A stretch of DNA of 42,893 nt from an uncultured Gammaproteobacteria bacterium. GTDB taxonomy: Bacteria; Patescibacteriota; Microgenomatia; CAYXHB01. Shown one piece after another: positions 34,500-42,549 of the stretch. Every line of letters begins with the position of its first letter. The first letter of the stretch is position 1. The position numbers and the translations under genes were made by a program. The stretch spans positions 1-42,893 of the forward strand of contig CAYXHB010000001.1 in assembly GCA_964464795.1 (NCBI GenBank). Reading direction: 5' to 3'. The notes under the pieces are model-generated. The model had not been told where the DNA came from and did no database searches. It saw only the letters and a list, made by a program, of their open reading frames with translations.

Positions 34500-34521
34500 T
34501 CACTTTATGTCATGAAAGTGA
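34500..34521. promoter_or_regulatory. Perfect 7-8-7 palindrome directly upstream of recA (candidate operator or 5'-UTR hairpin)
   Basis: TCACTTT-ATGTCATG-AAAGTGA lies 8 nt from the recA ATG, in the position where an SD would be expected. Confidence 0.35.
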
Positions 34522-34542
34522 GAGGAAGGCAAGGGGGAAAAG

Positions 34543-34551
34543 TGCTAATAT
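34543..34551 (+). promoter_or_regulatory. Extended -10 box (TGCTAATAT) placed for a leaderless transcript of 34558-35175
   Basis: The -10 hexamer ends 6 nt before the ATG at 34558. There is no SD in between. Confidence 0.3.
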
Positions 34552-34557
34552 TTTATT

Positions 34558-35175
34558 ATGAAATCCAAACTTATTTTTCTGATAATTTCTTTTTTGATAT
34601 TGGCGGGGGTTTACTGGTTTGTTCTGATATATCAAAAAACTGCCTCGGTTGAAAATAGGGCATATTCGGTACAGGAGGAAATACCAGATGTGTTTAGCGA
34701 ATTTGAATGGACTAGCAGGCAAATTACTAAAGATGAAAGTGTGGCTGGTGATTTTAGAGTGCATTGGAGGAGTCAAAATAATAAATACGGCGAGATATCT
34801 GCTGGGGGACTGGTTTATGAAATTACATTGAACGACCACGATGACGGGTATGAAGAACTGAAAAAATATTTCATGGGAATGGGGACTGTCGATTTAGATT
34901 ATAAATTCGCACAAAACAATTGGCTTAATGCTAGCGAGTATGGAGATTACTATTTAACAGGCGCTGGTAGCGATGGTCCGTTTGGCAGTACTGTGGGATT
35001 CATAAAAATTAATGGCCATGAGCTGAGAACGACAGGATATCGCACAACTATCAGTTACACCAAATTTAATGGTCCGATGGAGCCACCAGGTTGTCCATGT
35101 TCGTTAAAAGTGGATATCTTCATGAGTGACCCGGTTATACTAAGCGATGATGTGTTTGAGTCAGAGACTGAGTAA
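34558..35175 (+). CDS. Membrane-anchored hypothetical protein
   Basis: N-terminal signal-anchor 'LIFLIISFLILAGVYWFVLIY' followed by a soluble ~170-aa domain. No recognisable family. Confidence 0.6.
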   Translation: MKSKLIFLIISFLILAGVYWFVLIYQKTASVENRAYSVQEEIPDVFSEFEWTSRQITKDESVAGDFRVHWRSQNNKYGEISAGGLVYEITLNDHDDGYEELKKYFMGMGTVDLDYKFAQNNWLNASEYGDYYLTGAGSDGPFGSTVGFIKINGHELRTTGYRTTISYTKFNGPMEPPGCPCSLKVDIFMSDPVILSDDVFESETE

Positions 35176-35222
35176 GGTTGCGTGGAGTTTTACAATGGTA
35201 AATTGGCTTAAGTATTAACCAG

Positions 35223-35231
35223 TGCTACAAT
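35223..35231 (+). promoter_or_regulatory. Extended -10 box (TGCTACAAT) upstream of tRNA-Pro
   Basis: Ends 11 nt before the tRNA 5' end. Confidence 0.35.
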
Positions 35232-35242
35232 CTGTACTTAAT

Positions 35243-35316
<74 letters not shown>

Positions 35317-35397
35317 AAACTTATTGGCCGTGAAAATAGGAAAGTACCTACTTGTTTTTGAAATTATTTCCTGAAATACTGATTAGAGATTGTAACT

Positions 35398-36132
35398 ATG
35401 GAACCAGATAATCTAACTCCACAAGCTCAACCAAATCCAGTTGAAGTGCCAGTCCAACCTGCACCTGTTCAACCTGTAGATAATAATTACCAACCAGAAC
35501 ATGGGTCAAGAAAATTTATAGCTGTCTTGGGAGTTATAGTGTTACTTTTATTGGTTGGTGGCGGTGCATATTATTTGGGAACCATGAACGGGAGGACAAG
35601 TGCAAATTTAGAAATGGATGGTCTAGTTGCCCAAAACAATGTGGTTGATACATCAATACCAACGGTGACAAATGCCCCTCAACAGAATGAAACTGCTAAC
35701 TGGGAGATGTATTCAAATGAAGTTTGGGATTTTAGTTTTCAGTATCCATTTACTTTTATGATTAATGACAACTTGCCAAGCACAACCAGCCTTAGTGACT
35801 GGGGTGCTGATAAGAAAATCGAATTAGTTGATGAGCAGAATGGACGGAATTTGTCTTTCTGGATTCCTTTGGATGGGTTTGGTCCTTTTTTCGCTGACAT
35901 TGGGTATACAGAAATGGGATATTCTGAAAGCCAAGGTTTGTATGTAGTTGAAGAAACTCGTGGAACAAGTGAATATCCAACTGAGGGTAAAAAAATGATT
36001 ATTACCAAACAAGGGTTTACTGTAGCCGGATATCCACATCCTATGTTTTTTATTTTTACTTATCTTGAAGACGATTCTGAGGCAGAAGAAATTTTCAAAG
36101 AGATTCTTTCGACATTTAGGTTGGGGAGTTGA
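35398..36132 (+). CDS. Membrane-anchored hypothetical protein
   Basis: Pro/Gln-rich N-terminus, one TM helix 'FIAVLGVIVLLLLVGGGAYYL', and an extracytoplasmic ~170-aa domain. No recognisable family. Confidence 0.6.
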   Translation: MEPDNLTPQAQPNPVEVPVQPAPVQPVDNNYQPEHGSRKFIAVLGVIVLLLLVGGGAYYLGTMNGRTSANLEMDGLVAQNNVVDTSIPTVTNAPQQNETANWEMYSNEVWDFSFQYPFTFMINDNLPSTTSLSDWGADKKIELVDEQNGRNLSFWIPLDGFGPFFADIGYTEMGYSESQGLYVVEETRGTSEYPTEGKKMIITKQGFTVAGYPHPMFFIFTYLEDDSEAEEIFKEILSTFRLGS

Positions 36133-36179
36133 TAAATTAATTTGCGACTTAAACTGATTTCCAATGGTAGAATTGCCTA

Positions 36180-37271
36180 ATGGATAACTTGAAACAAGTA
36201 TTGGCTGAGTTGAAAGAAAGACTTGCGGCTGTGGAAGAGAAACTGGGGCGGGATTATCTGCAAAAAACAATTCGGGAGCTGGAAGCCAAGACTATGAAAG
36301 AAGATTTCTGGAATGACTCCGAGTCAGCCCAGCGGGTAATGCGAGAGTTAAATAGCAAACAAGCGTTGCTGGCTAATTTGGAGAGTATGGAGAAGGAGAT
36401 TGAAGATTTGGCCGGACTGCGGGAGCTGTTTGCTCATGATGATGAGTTGGATAATGATGAGGTACAACTGGCGCAAGAAGTAGAGAAGGTCAGGCTACGG
36501 CTGGAACAGTTGGAACTGAGTGTGTTTTTGAATGGGAAGTATGACCAGAATGACGCGATTATCTCTATCCACGCAGGACAGGGCGGGACTGAGGCTCTGG
36601 ATTGGACGGCGATGCTGTTTCGGATGTACATGAGGTTTTGCGAACGGAAAGAATGGGGATTGGAGATATTGGAAGAGTCAGTGGGTGAAGTGGGTTACAA
36701 ATCGGTGTCGATGCTGGTCAAAGGAGAGAGTGCTTATGGGTATCTCAAGCACGAGGCTGGCACACATCGGCTGGTGAGGCAGTCACCGTTTAACGCTGAT
36801 AATCTGCGGCAGACGACGTTTGCCTTAGTGGAAGTGCTGCCCTATTTGCCTGAAAACGATGAGGTGAAAGTGAGCAAGGAAGAGATTGAGTTTGAGGCTT
36901 TTCGCTCGGGCGGCCATGGGGGTCAGAACGTGAACAAAGTATCAACCGCGGTACGGATTAAACATATTCCCACCGGGATTGTGGTGACTTGTCAGACCCA
37001 GCGGACTCAGGAACAGAACCGGAAAGCAGCCATGGCGTTATTAACCGCGAAGTTGTGGGAGCGGCAAATACAGGCGCAAGATAAATTGGAGTCAGAGTTG
37101 AAAGGCAAATATCAGCCGGCTGCCTGGGGGACGCAGATTCGCTCTTATGTGCTGCATCCTTACAAGATGGTCAAAGATTTGCGGACCGAAGTTGAGTCAA
37201 GCCAACCGGAGAACGTATTGGATGGGGATTTGGAGATGTTTATTGAGGCGGAGATTAGGAAGTTGAGTTAG
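36180..37271 (+). CDS. prfB: Peptide chain release factor 2 (single uninterrupted frame)
   Basis: 'SPF' tripeptide in 'RQSPFNADN'. 'SGGHGGQNVNKVSTAVRIKHIPTG' GGQ motif. No internal TGA frameshift site. Confidence 0.93.
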   Translation: MDNLKQVLAELKERLAAVEEKLGRDYLQKTIRELEAKTMKEDFWNDSESAQRVMRELNSKQALLANLESMEKEIEDLAGLRELFAHDDELDNDEVQLAQEVEKVRLRLEQLELSVFLNGKYDQNDAIISIHAGQGGTEALDWTAMLFRMYMRFCERKEWGLEILEESVGEVGYKSVSMLVKGESAYGYLKHEAGTHRLVRQSPFNADNLRQTTFALVEVLPYLPENDEVKVSKEEIEFEAFRSGGHGGQNVNKVSTAVRIKHIPTGIVVTCQTQRTQEQNRKAAMALLTAKLWERQIQAQDKLESELKGKYQPAAWGTQIRSYVLHPYKMVKDLRTEVESSQPENVLDGDLEMFIEAEIRKLS

Positions 37272-37296
37272 GGAGTGACCAGCCATCTTGTCATCC

Positions 37297-37368
37297 TTGT
37301 GCATGTGGCAATCTGGTATTCATGAATGGCAGCGCTGCAAGTCCCGGTTCCCGCATCAAGTGCGGGAA
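37297..37368 (-). repeat. 72-nt intergenic repeat, copy A (inverted relative to copy B at 42373-42444)
   Basis: The reverse complement shares an 18-19 nt hairpin block (TTCCCGCACTTGATGCGGGA) and an identical 25-nt block (GAATACCAGATTGCCACATGCACAA) with copy B. The middle section diverges. Confidence 0.65.
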
Positions 37369-37436
37369 GACGCGAGAAAGGAGTGTGGCGGCAAAGACTT
37401 GCGCGAAACAGGGGAAAACATTTATAGTTAGCTGGT

Positions 37437-37985
37437 ATGGAGCCGAACCAAACCCTGGAAACTCAAAATCCCACGGTACCAACAGTGCAATCGCCACTTG
37501 TGAAGCCGTTGGAAGGCGCTGATAATAATCAGATGGCAAATACTACTAACGGTGGGAAATCTAAAAGCAAAGTGTTAATGGCAGGTCTGCCAATATTGAT
37601 AATCGTGGCTGGAGTGGTGAGCGGATACTTCTTATCGGGAAATGTTGCCTCAAGTAATTCCAGCAATGGCGATAGTCCGGCAACGGCTCTGGGTGGGGTG
37701 AGTAACAGCCGTGGTAATAGTGTGACTGAAGAAGGCATTAGGGATGATGAGTTGTTCCCTGATAAAGCCGAAGGCGAGTTACAAGTTAACGATGGTTCGG
37801 TGACCCAGGAAGGGTCGCATGTCTTGATTCGTCCAGGAGGGGCTGACCAGACGGCTTACTTGACCTCTTCGGTGGTGGATTTGGATAAATTTGTAGGTAA
37901 ACAGATTGAGATTTACGGCCAGACTCACACGGCTCAAACTGCTGGGTGGTTGATGGATGTGGGGTATGCACGGGTGATTGATTAA
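37437..37985 (+). CDS. Membrane-anchored hypothetical protein
   Basis: One TM helix 'LMAGLPILIIVAGVVSGYFL' and a Ser/Asn/Gly-rich linker with a small C-terminal domain. The start is uncertain; an alternative Met is at 'MANTTNGG'. Confidence 0.55.
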   Translation: MEPNQTLETQNPTVPTVQSPLVKPLEGADNNQMANTTNGGKSKSKVLMAGLPILIIVAGVVSGYFLSGNVASSNSSNGDSPATALGGVSNSRGNSVTEEGIRDDELFPDKAEGELQVNDGSVTQEGSHVLIRPGGADQTAYLTSSVVDLDKFVGKQIEIYGQTHTAQTAGWLMDVGYARVID

Positions 37986-37991
37986 TAACTT

Positions 37992-38438
37992 ATGGTCAAA
38001 TTCATGCGATTGAATTACCGAATTTCTCTCAAGGCTAGCATTATTCTATTCATGGTGGTGTTCGCCATCTGGATTGTCTATATCCCCTACTTTGATAGTC
38101 GATGGGAACAACTGGAACGTATAGGACTTCTAGACTTTATGATGGTTCTCGTGGGATGGCTAGTTTCTTATGTATTTATGGCCGTATGGTTAGCTTGTCT
38201 TGTGTATCTGGTTTTTAGCGTGTGGATTTGGACTCGGGCAAAGGGCGGTTCTATCTCAAAAGACAAAGCCATCGAACATGTCATACGGTCTTTGTGTGTG
38301 CTTGCCTTACTAATGGTCGGTTACATGATTTTGGAATTGGTATTTGTTGCATTGCCGCATTCCGTCTTCACAACAGTGGAATTTTATCGCGAGAGTTGGT
38401 TGCAGTTTGGACCATCAGTTGTTGTGACAGCCCGGTAA
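37992..38438 (+). CDS. Small polytopic membrane protein, hypothetical
   Basis: 148 aa with four hydrophobic helices. No recognisable family. Confidence 0.55.
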   Translation: MVKFMRLNYRISLKASIILFMVVFAIWIVYIPYFDSRWEQLERIGLLDFMMVLVGWLVSYVFMAVWLACLVYLVFSVWIWTRAKGGSISKDKAIEHVIRSLCVLALLMVGYMILELVFVALPHSVFTTVEFYRESWLQFGPSVVVTAR

Positions 38439-38505
38439 GGGATCGCTTAGAGTAGATGAAACTAATTCGGGATGGGCAGGGTGCGCGCGGGTTTGTTATG
38501 ATGTA

Positions 38506-39177
38506 ATGATGATTAATATCAAAGGGGTAACTAAAGAATTTGGGACCGTGGTGGCGCTGCAGAGTGTGGATTTGGAAGTGGCAAAAGGAGAGTTCGTATT
38601 CTTAACCGGACCGTCGGGCAGCGGGAAAACTACCTTGATGAGGTTACTGCTGCGGGAGATTGTGCCGGATAAAGGTGAGGTGCTGGTAGACGGGGTGGAT
38701 ATTGTGAAACTAGGGAAGAAGCAAATTTCTAAGTACAGGCAGAAAATTGGCGTAGTGTTCCAGGATTTCAAACTGATTAACGAGTTGACTATTTATGAGA
38801 ACATCGCGGTGCCTTTGCGGGTGTCTGGGATGAATAAGAGCGAAATTCATGACAAGGTTAGTGACATTGCTAAACTGGTGGGACTGGAGCATCGGTTGGC
38901 GATTTTTCCGTCGCAGATGGCGGGAGGGGAGTTACAGCGAGCTTGTCTGGCGCGGGCAGTAATCGGGCGGCCAAAGTTGTTGTTGGCTGATGAACCGACC
39001 GGGAATTTGGATCCGGTCACATCTTGGCAAATCATGCAGTTACTGGAAAAAATAAACAGCATGGGAACTACTATCCTAATGGCGTCGCATAATCTGGAGA
39101 TTGTCGAGGCCATGGGCAAACGGGTCGTGCAACTGGAACATGGTGCGGTTATCAGCGATAACAAAGAAACAGTATGA
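38506..39177 (+). CDS. ftsE: Cell-division ABC transporter ATP-binding protein FtsE
   Basis: Walker A 'GPSGSGKTT', signature 'MAGGELQR', Walker B 'LLLADEPTGNLD'. 223 aa. ATGA overlap with ftsX. Confidence 0.9.
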   Translation: MMINIKGVTKEFGTVVALQSVDLEVAKGEFVFLTGPSGSGKTTLMRLLLREIVPDKGEVLVDGVDIVKLGKKQISKYRQKIGVVFQDFKLINELTIYENIAVPLRVSGMNKSEIHDKVSDIAKLVGLEHRLAIFPSQMAGGELQRACLARAVIGRPKLLLADEPTGNLDPVTSWQIMQLLEKINSMGTTILMASHNLEIVEAMGKRVVQLEHGAVISDNKETV

Positions 39178-40088
39178 AAAATAGCAAACGAATAGCTCAC
39201 AAAATCAAACTCAGCTTGGCTCGGGATGTCTGGCATAGCATCAGGCGCAGCCCTTATCAGACGATGGTGGCGCTCTTGATGCTGATGTTTACGTTTTATA
39301 CTGTGACCATTTTTGCGTTGATTGCTTTGGGCACGCATGAAGTTATTCGGTTCATGGAAGCTAAGCCTCAGGTGACGGCTTTTTTCAGTGAGCCGCCGGA
39401 TAGTGAACAATTAGGAGACTTGCGCCGTCAACTGGAGCAAGTGGGAGAGTTGAAAGATTTCCGGTATGTTTCCCAGGAGGAAGCGTACAAAATTTATCAA
39501 GAACAGAATCAAGATGACCCAATTCTGCTTGAGATGGTGGTGGCTAATATCTTACCTTCCAGTGTGGAGGTGTCATCTGAGAGTCCGCAGGACTTGCAGC
39601 GAATGGCTCAGTTGTTAGGGGAAAATGAATCTATTGAGGATTTGATATATCCTAAGCAGGTGGTGGATGAATTTGTAAAATGGACGACTTCAATCCGGAC
39701 GATGGGATTGGAAAACGCGGTTTTCTTAGGACTGCTGTCTTTCTTGTTAATCTTTGTGACCATGGGAGTTAAGGTGGCCATGAGGAAACGGGAGATTGGA
39801 ATTTTGCAGTTAGTGGGGGCTAGCCGTTGGTATATCAGGCGGCCGTTTGTGTTGGAAGCAATGTTTTATGGGTTCTTTGGCGCGTTGCTGGGGTGGGGGG
39901 CGGCTTACACTCGGTTGTTGTATGCTACGCCGTTTTTGATTAATTTGTTCCAGCCGATTGGGGGATTGCCGGAGGCGTTTTCGCCTATAACCATGCTTAT
40001 GTTATTGGGAGTGGAGATTGGGTTGGCTTTGGTGGGAGCCGTGATTGCTACATCTTTGGCGGTTAGCAAGTTCTTGGCAAGACATTAA
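39174..40088 (+). CDS. ftsX: Cell-division permease-like protein FtsX
   Basis: TM1, a ~110-aa extracytoplasmic loop, and three C-terminal TMs with 'LQLVGASRWYIRRPFVLEAMFYG'. Confidence 0.87.
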   Translation: MKNSKRIAHKIKLSLARDVWHSIRRSPYQTMVALLMLMFTFYTVTIFALIALGTHEVIRFMEAKPQVTAFFSEPPDSEQLGDLRRQLEQVGELKDFRYVSQEEAYKIYQEQNQDDPILLEMVVANILPSSVEVSSESPQDLQRMAQLLGENESIEDLIYPKQVVDEFVKWTTSIRTMGLENAVFLGLLSFLLIFVTMGVKVAMRKREIGILQLVGASRWYIRRPFVLEAMFYGFFGALLGWGAAYTRLLYATPFLINLFQPIGGLPEAFSPITMLMLLGVEIGLALVGAVIATSLAVSKFLARH

Positions 40089-40089
40089 C

Positions 40090-41340
40090 ATGCGGAAGTA
40101 TTTAGGACTAATATTACTGGCGGTTATCCCCTTGATGGTCAGTTCAAGTAACCCGATTGCACTGCTGGCTCAAGAAAGCAGTGACGAGGAGGTTGAAACT
40201 GAACAATCTGATAATGATGACTTGGGCCGTAGGAGAGAAGAAACCCAAAAGCAAATCGAAGAACTGGAAGCCAAAATATCCGAAACGCAAACCACCAGCC
40301 GCAGTTTGAATCAACAAATTGCCTATATGGACAACCAGGTTAGATTGACCCAGTTGCGGATTGCGCAGTCGGAAAACGAAATCAAAGTGTTGTTGTCAGA
40401 AATAGACAACCTGGGAACTAAAATTGAGTCGTTGGATATGAATCTAGATGAAATGGCGGTGTTATTGGCAAGCCGGGTGCAACAGACATATAAGGTAAGT
40501 ACGATTGATTCTTTGAGTGTATTTTTTGGGTCAGAGTAGTTTTCGGATTTGGCTAGTAAGGTCAAGGTTATGCAACGGGTACAACTGAACGACCGGCAGT
40601 TGTTATTAGCTATGCAAAAGACCAAGACTAATTTCGAACAGCAGAAAACTCTCAAAGAAGAAAAGCAAGCTGAAGTCCAAACTTTGCGCGGTCAACTAGA
40701 ACGGCAGCAAGAAACACTGCGCCAAGAGCAACAAGCCAAGCAACAGCTCCTGACTGAAACCCGTAACAGCGAAGCTGTATACCAGAGTCTGCTATCCCAA
40801 GCCCGGGCGCAGTTGGCGGCGCTAAGCCGGTTCGTAGCTAGTCAAGGCGGGGCGAGTATCTTGCAGAATCAAACTAAATGCGATGACTGGGGCTGCTACT
40901 ATAGCCAACGAGATGCATTATGGGGAAATATCGGCATGGGCGGGTCGGAATACTCGGTAGCTGAGTATGGTTGTTTGATAAGTTCGGTATCGATGATTGC
41001 CAGTCATTATGGCAAGGATATTAAGCCTGTTGATATTGCGGTTGTGTCCTCGGCATTTCAAGTCAAAACCGGATACTTGCGGCATTCTTTTTCAGTCAAA
41101 GGCGTGGACGTGCAGTTATCTGCCGTGTCGAAAAATTTACTCGATAGTGAGTTGGCAGCAGGTCGGCCGGTGATAGCCGGACTTTATTCTGGGCCCGACC
41201 ATTTTATTGTGATTGTGAAGAAGGAAGGCAGTGAATACATAATGCATGACCCGTTTATGGAGAACGGCAGCTACAGACCTTTGACTGATAAGTATCCTGT
41301 GTCCGCGATTACCAGTTTGCGGTTAGTGAAGTTTAACTAG
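40090..41340 (+). pseudogene. FtsEX-associated coiled-coil protein with a C39-like (papain-fold) cysteine peptidase domain, interrupted by an in-frame TAG at 40537-40539
   Basis: ATG 40090 lies 2 nt after the ftsX stop. Signal peptide 'MRKYLGLILLAVIPLMVSS' and coiled coils. The track ORFs 40045-40539 and 40549-41340 share one frame. The junction reads 'LSVFFGSE*FSDLASKV', which matches the conserved '..GS.SFSDF..R' of PcsB/CwlO/EnvC-type coiled coils. The C-terminus has 'YYSQRD..WG...YGCLISSVSMIASHYG' and 'GPDHFIVIV'. Confidence 0.65.
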
Positions 41341-41412
41341 TTGTGAGGATTGCCCAACCGCGGTGGGAGTAGATAGAATTAAGGAGGAGGGGCGAGCAAA
41401 TTAGTTTTTGCA

Positions 41413-42315
41413 ATGAAAACAGTATTCTCAGTTGTACTGGGCAGTATTCTACTGTGGGCAGGCGCGGGAGTTAGGGAAGTGTGGGCTCTAGAGAATGGTG
41501 ACATGGAAGACGGAGTTGATAAGTGGGAAGCGATAAATACGAAAGTCAAAATCGAATCTGTTGGTGAGAGTTACGAAGGGAGCAAATCTCTCAAGGTGGG
41601 CAATTCGTCCACGTCTTCGGCTGGAGCCAGGCAGATAGTGAGAGGAGTTACCGGCAGCAGTGGCTATGAAATCCGCGGGTGGATATACATAGAGAACCAA
41701 GTTACCAAAGAAGCCTTTATTAGAGTCGCTTGGTACGAGAGTGAGGATGGGTCAGGCAGACAGTTATCAACCCGCGATAGTGAGAAAATTGTTGACGCAG
41801 GCGGGTGGCGGGAAGCACGGGCAAGTTTCCAAGCGCCGGAGCAAGCCAAGAGCGCTCATGTGCGCTTGATGCTGTCGAGTAAAACTGCTGAGGAAACAGC
41901 CTGGGCACGGTTTGATGCGGTGACGCTAATGCAAGTGGAGTTAACTCCGACTCCTGAGCCAACGGTGAAACCCACCTCGACTCCCCGACCGACCGCCACG
42001 AGTAAACCTACAGCTACTATTAAACCTAGCCCGACTAGCTCGCCAACATCCACACCCACAACGGCGGTTGTAAGTGTCTTGGGGATTGAAGCAGAAGATG
42101 AGGAAGAATACGCAGATGAAAGTGAGGAAGCCGAATATGACCACGAGCTGGAAACAACGGAGGAAGTTAAAGAAAATGAACAAGTCCACGGACTCATAGA
42201 AAAATCCCAAGCGCCGGAATGGATATGGACGGCGGTGATGGGAGTGGGGACTGTAATGCTGGGTTCAAGTGTGTGGTTGGGGTATAGGAAAAACAATAAA
42301 ACATTGTCATCCTGA
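41413..42315 (+). CDS. Membrane-anchored surface protein: CBM4/9-like beta-sandwich, Pro/Thr-rich stalk, acidic tract, C-terminal TM
   Basis: Signal peptide. 'ENGDMEDG...WE.....ESYEGSKSLKV....GARQ...V..GSGYEIRGWIY...ARFDAVTL' resembles carbohydrate-binding module 4/9. PT-rich tract at about 41938-42070. Terminal helix 'WIWTAVMGVGTVMLGSSVWLGY'. Confidence 0.65.
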   Translation: MKTVFSVVLGSILLWAGAGVREVWALENGDMEDGVDKWEAINTKVKIESVGESYEGSKSLKVGNSSTSSAGARQIVRGVTGSSGYEIRGWIYIENQVTKEAFIRVAWYESEDGSGRQLSTRDSEKIVDAGGWREARASFQAPEQAKSAHVRLMLSSKTAEETAWARFDAVTLMQVELTPTPEPTVKPTSTPRPTATSKPTATIKPSPTSSPTSTPTTAVVSVLGIEAEDEEEYADESEEAEYDHELETTEEVKENEQVHGLIEKSQAPEWIWTAVMGVGTVMLGSSVWLGYRKNNKTLSS

Positions 42316-42372
42316 GCGTAGCCGAAGGACCTCTTGGTTTTCTTTTGGCGTTACTCGTTAACTTATCCGTTT

Positions 42373-42489
42373 TTCCGCACTTGATGCGGGATCTGGGATT
42401 TTCATGAGCTGTAGGTCACGAATACCAGATTGCCACATGCACAAATTAATTTAAAAGAAAGTTGATAATTTGTGCTTTCGCAATGACGG
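42373..42489 (+). repeat. Intergenic repeat copy B (72 nt, 42373-42444) plus an adjoining 'cagattgccac...tcgcaatgacgg' hairpin element
   Basis: See copy A. In addition, GCACAAATTA (42439-42448) pairs with TAATTTGTGC (42467-42476), and 'tcgcaatgacgg' (42478-42489) matches 2198-2209. Confidence 0.65.
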
Positions 42490-42536
42490 AAAGACCGTTG
42501 CTGAATCTGAAAAAATAATCCACCCTTCACTTCCGG

Positions 42537-42542
42537 TATAAT
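42537..42542 (+). promoter_or_regulatory. -10 box (TATAAT) placed for a leaderless trmD transcript
   Basis: TATAAT ends 7 nt before the trmD ATG (42550), with no SD in between. Confidence 0.3.
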
Positions 42543-42549
42543 CACTCTT

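Noticed and set aside
33479-34652. Several plus-strand ORFs of 80-150 aa overlapping recA.
   Set aside because: They are antisense to a near-canonical RecA. Their Ser/Pro/Arg-rich composition is typical of the reverse frame of a GC-skewed gene.
36180-37271. Programmed +1 frameshift in prfB, or an alternative genetic code with UGA reassigned.
   Set aside because: RF2 is encoded in one uninterrupted frame with no internal TGA. TGA terminates several well-supported genes (e.g. 3980-3982, 8917-8919, 39175-39177), so standard code 11 applies.
40045-40089. The upstream start used by the ORF track for the coiled-coil protein (MLHLWRLASSWQDIN...).
   Set aside because: It overlaps the ftsX 3' end by 44 nt. 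The ATG at 40090 directly yields a classical signal peptide (MRKYLGLILLAVIPLMVSS) and lies 2 nt after the ftsX stop.
37297-42444. Inverted repeats as the ends of a composite transposon or mobile island.
   Set aside because: The enclosed genes are core cell-division and envelope genes (ftsE, ftsX, hydrolase). There is no transposase, integrase or recombinase, and no target-site duplication that I can see. A REP/MITE-like intergenic repeat is more parsimonious.
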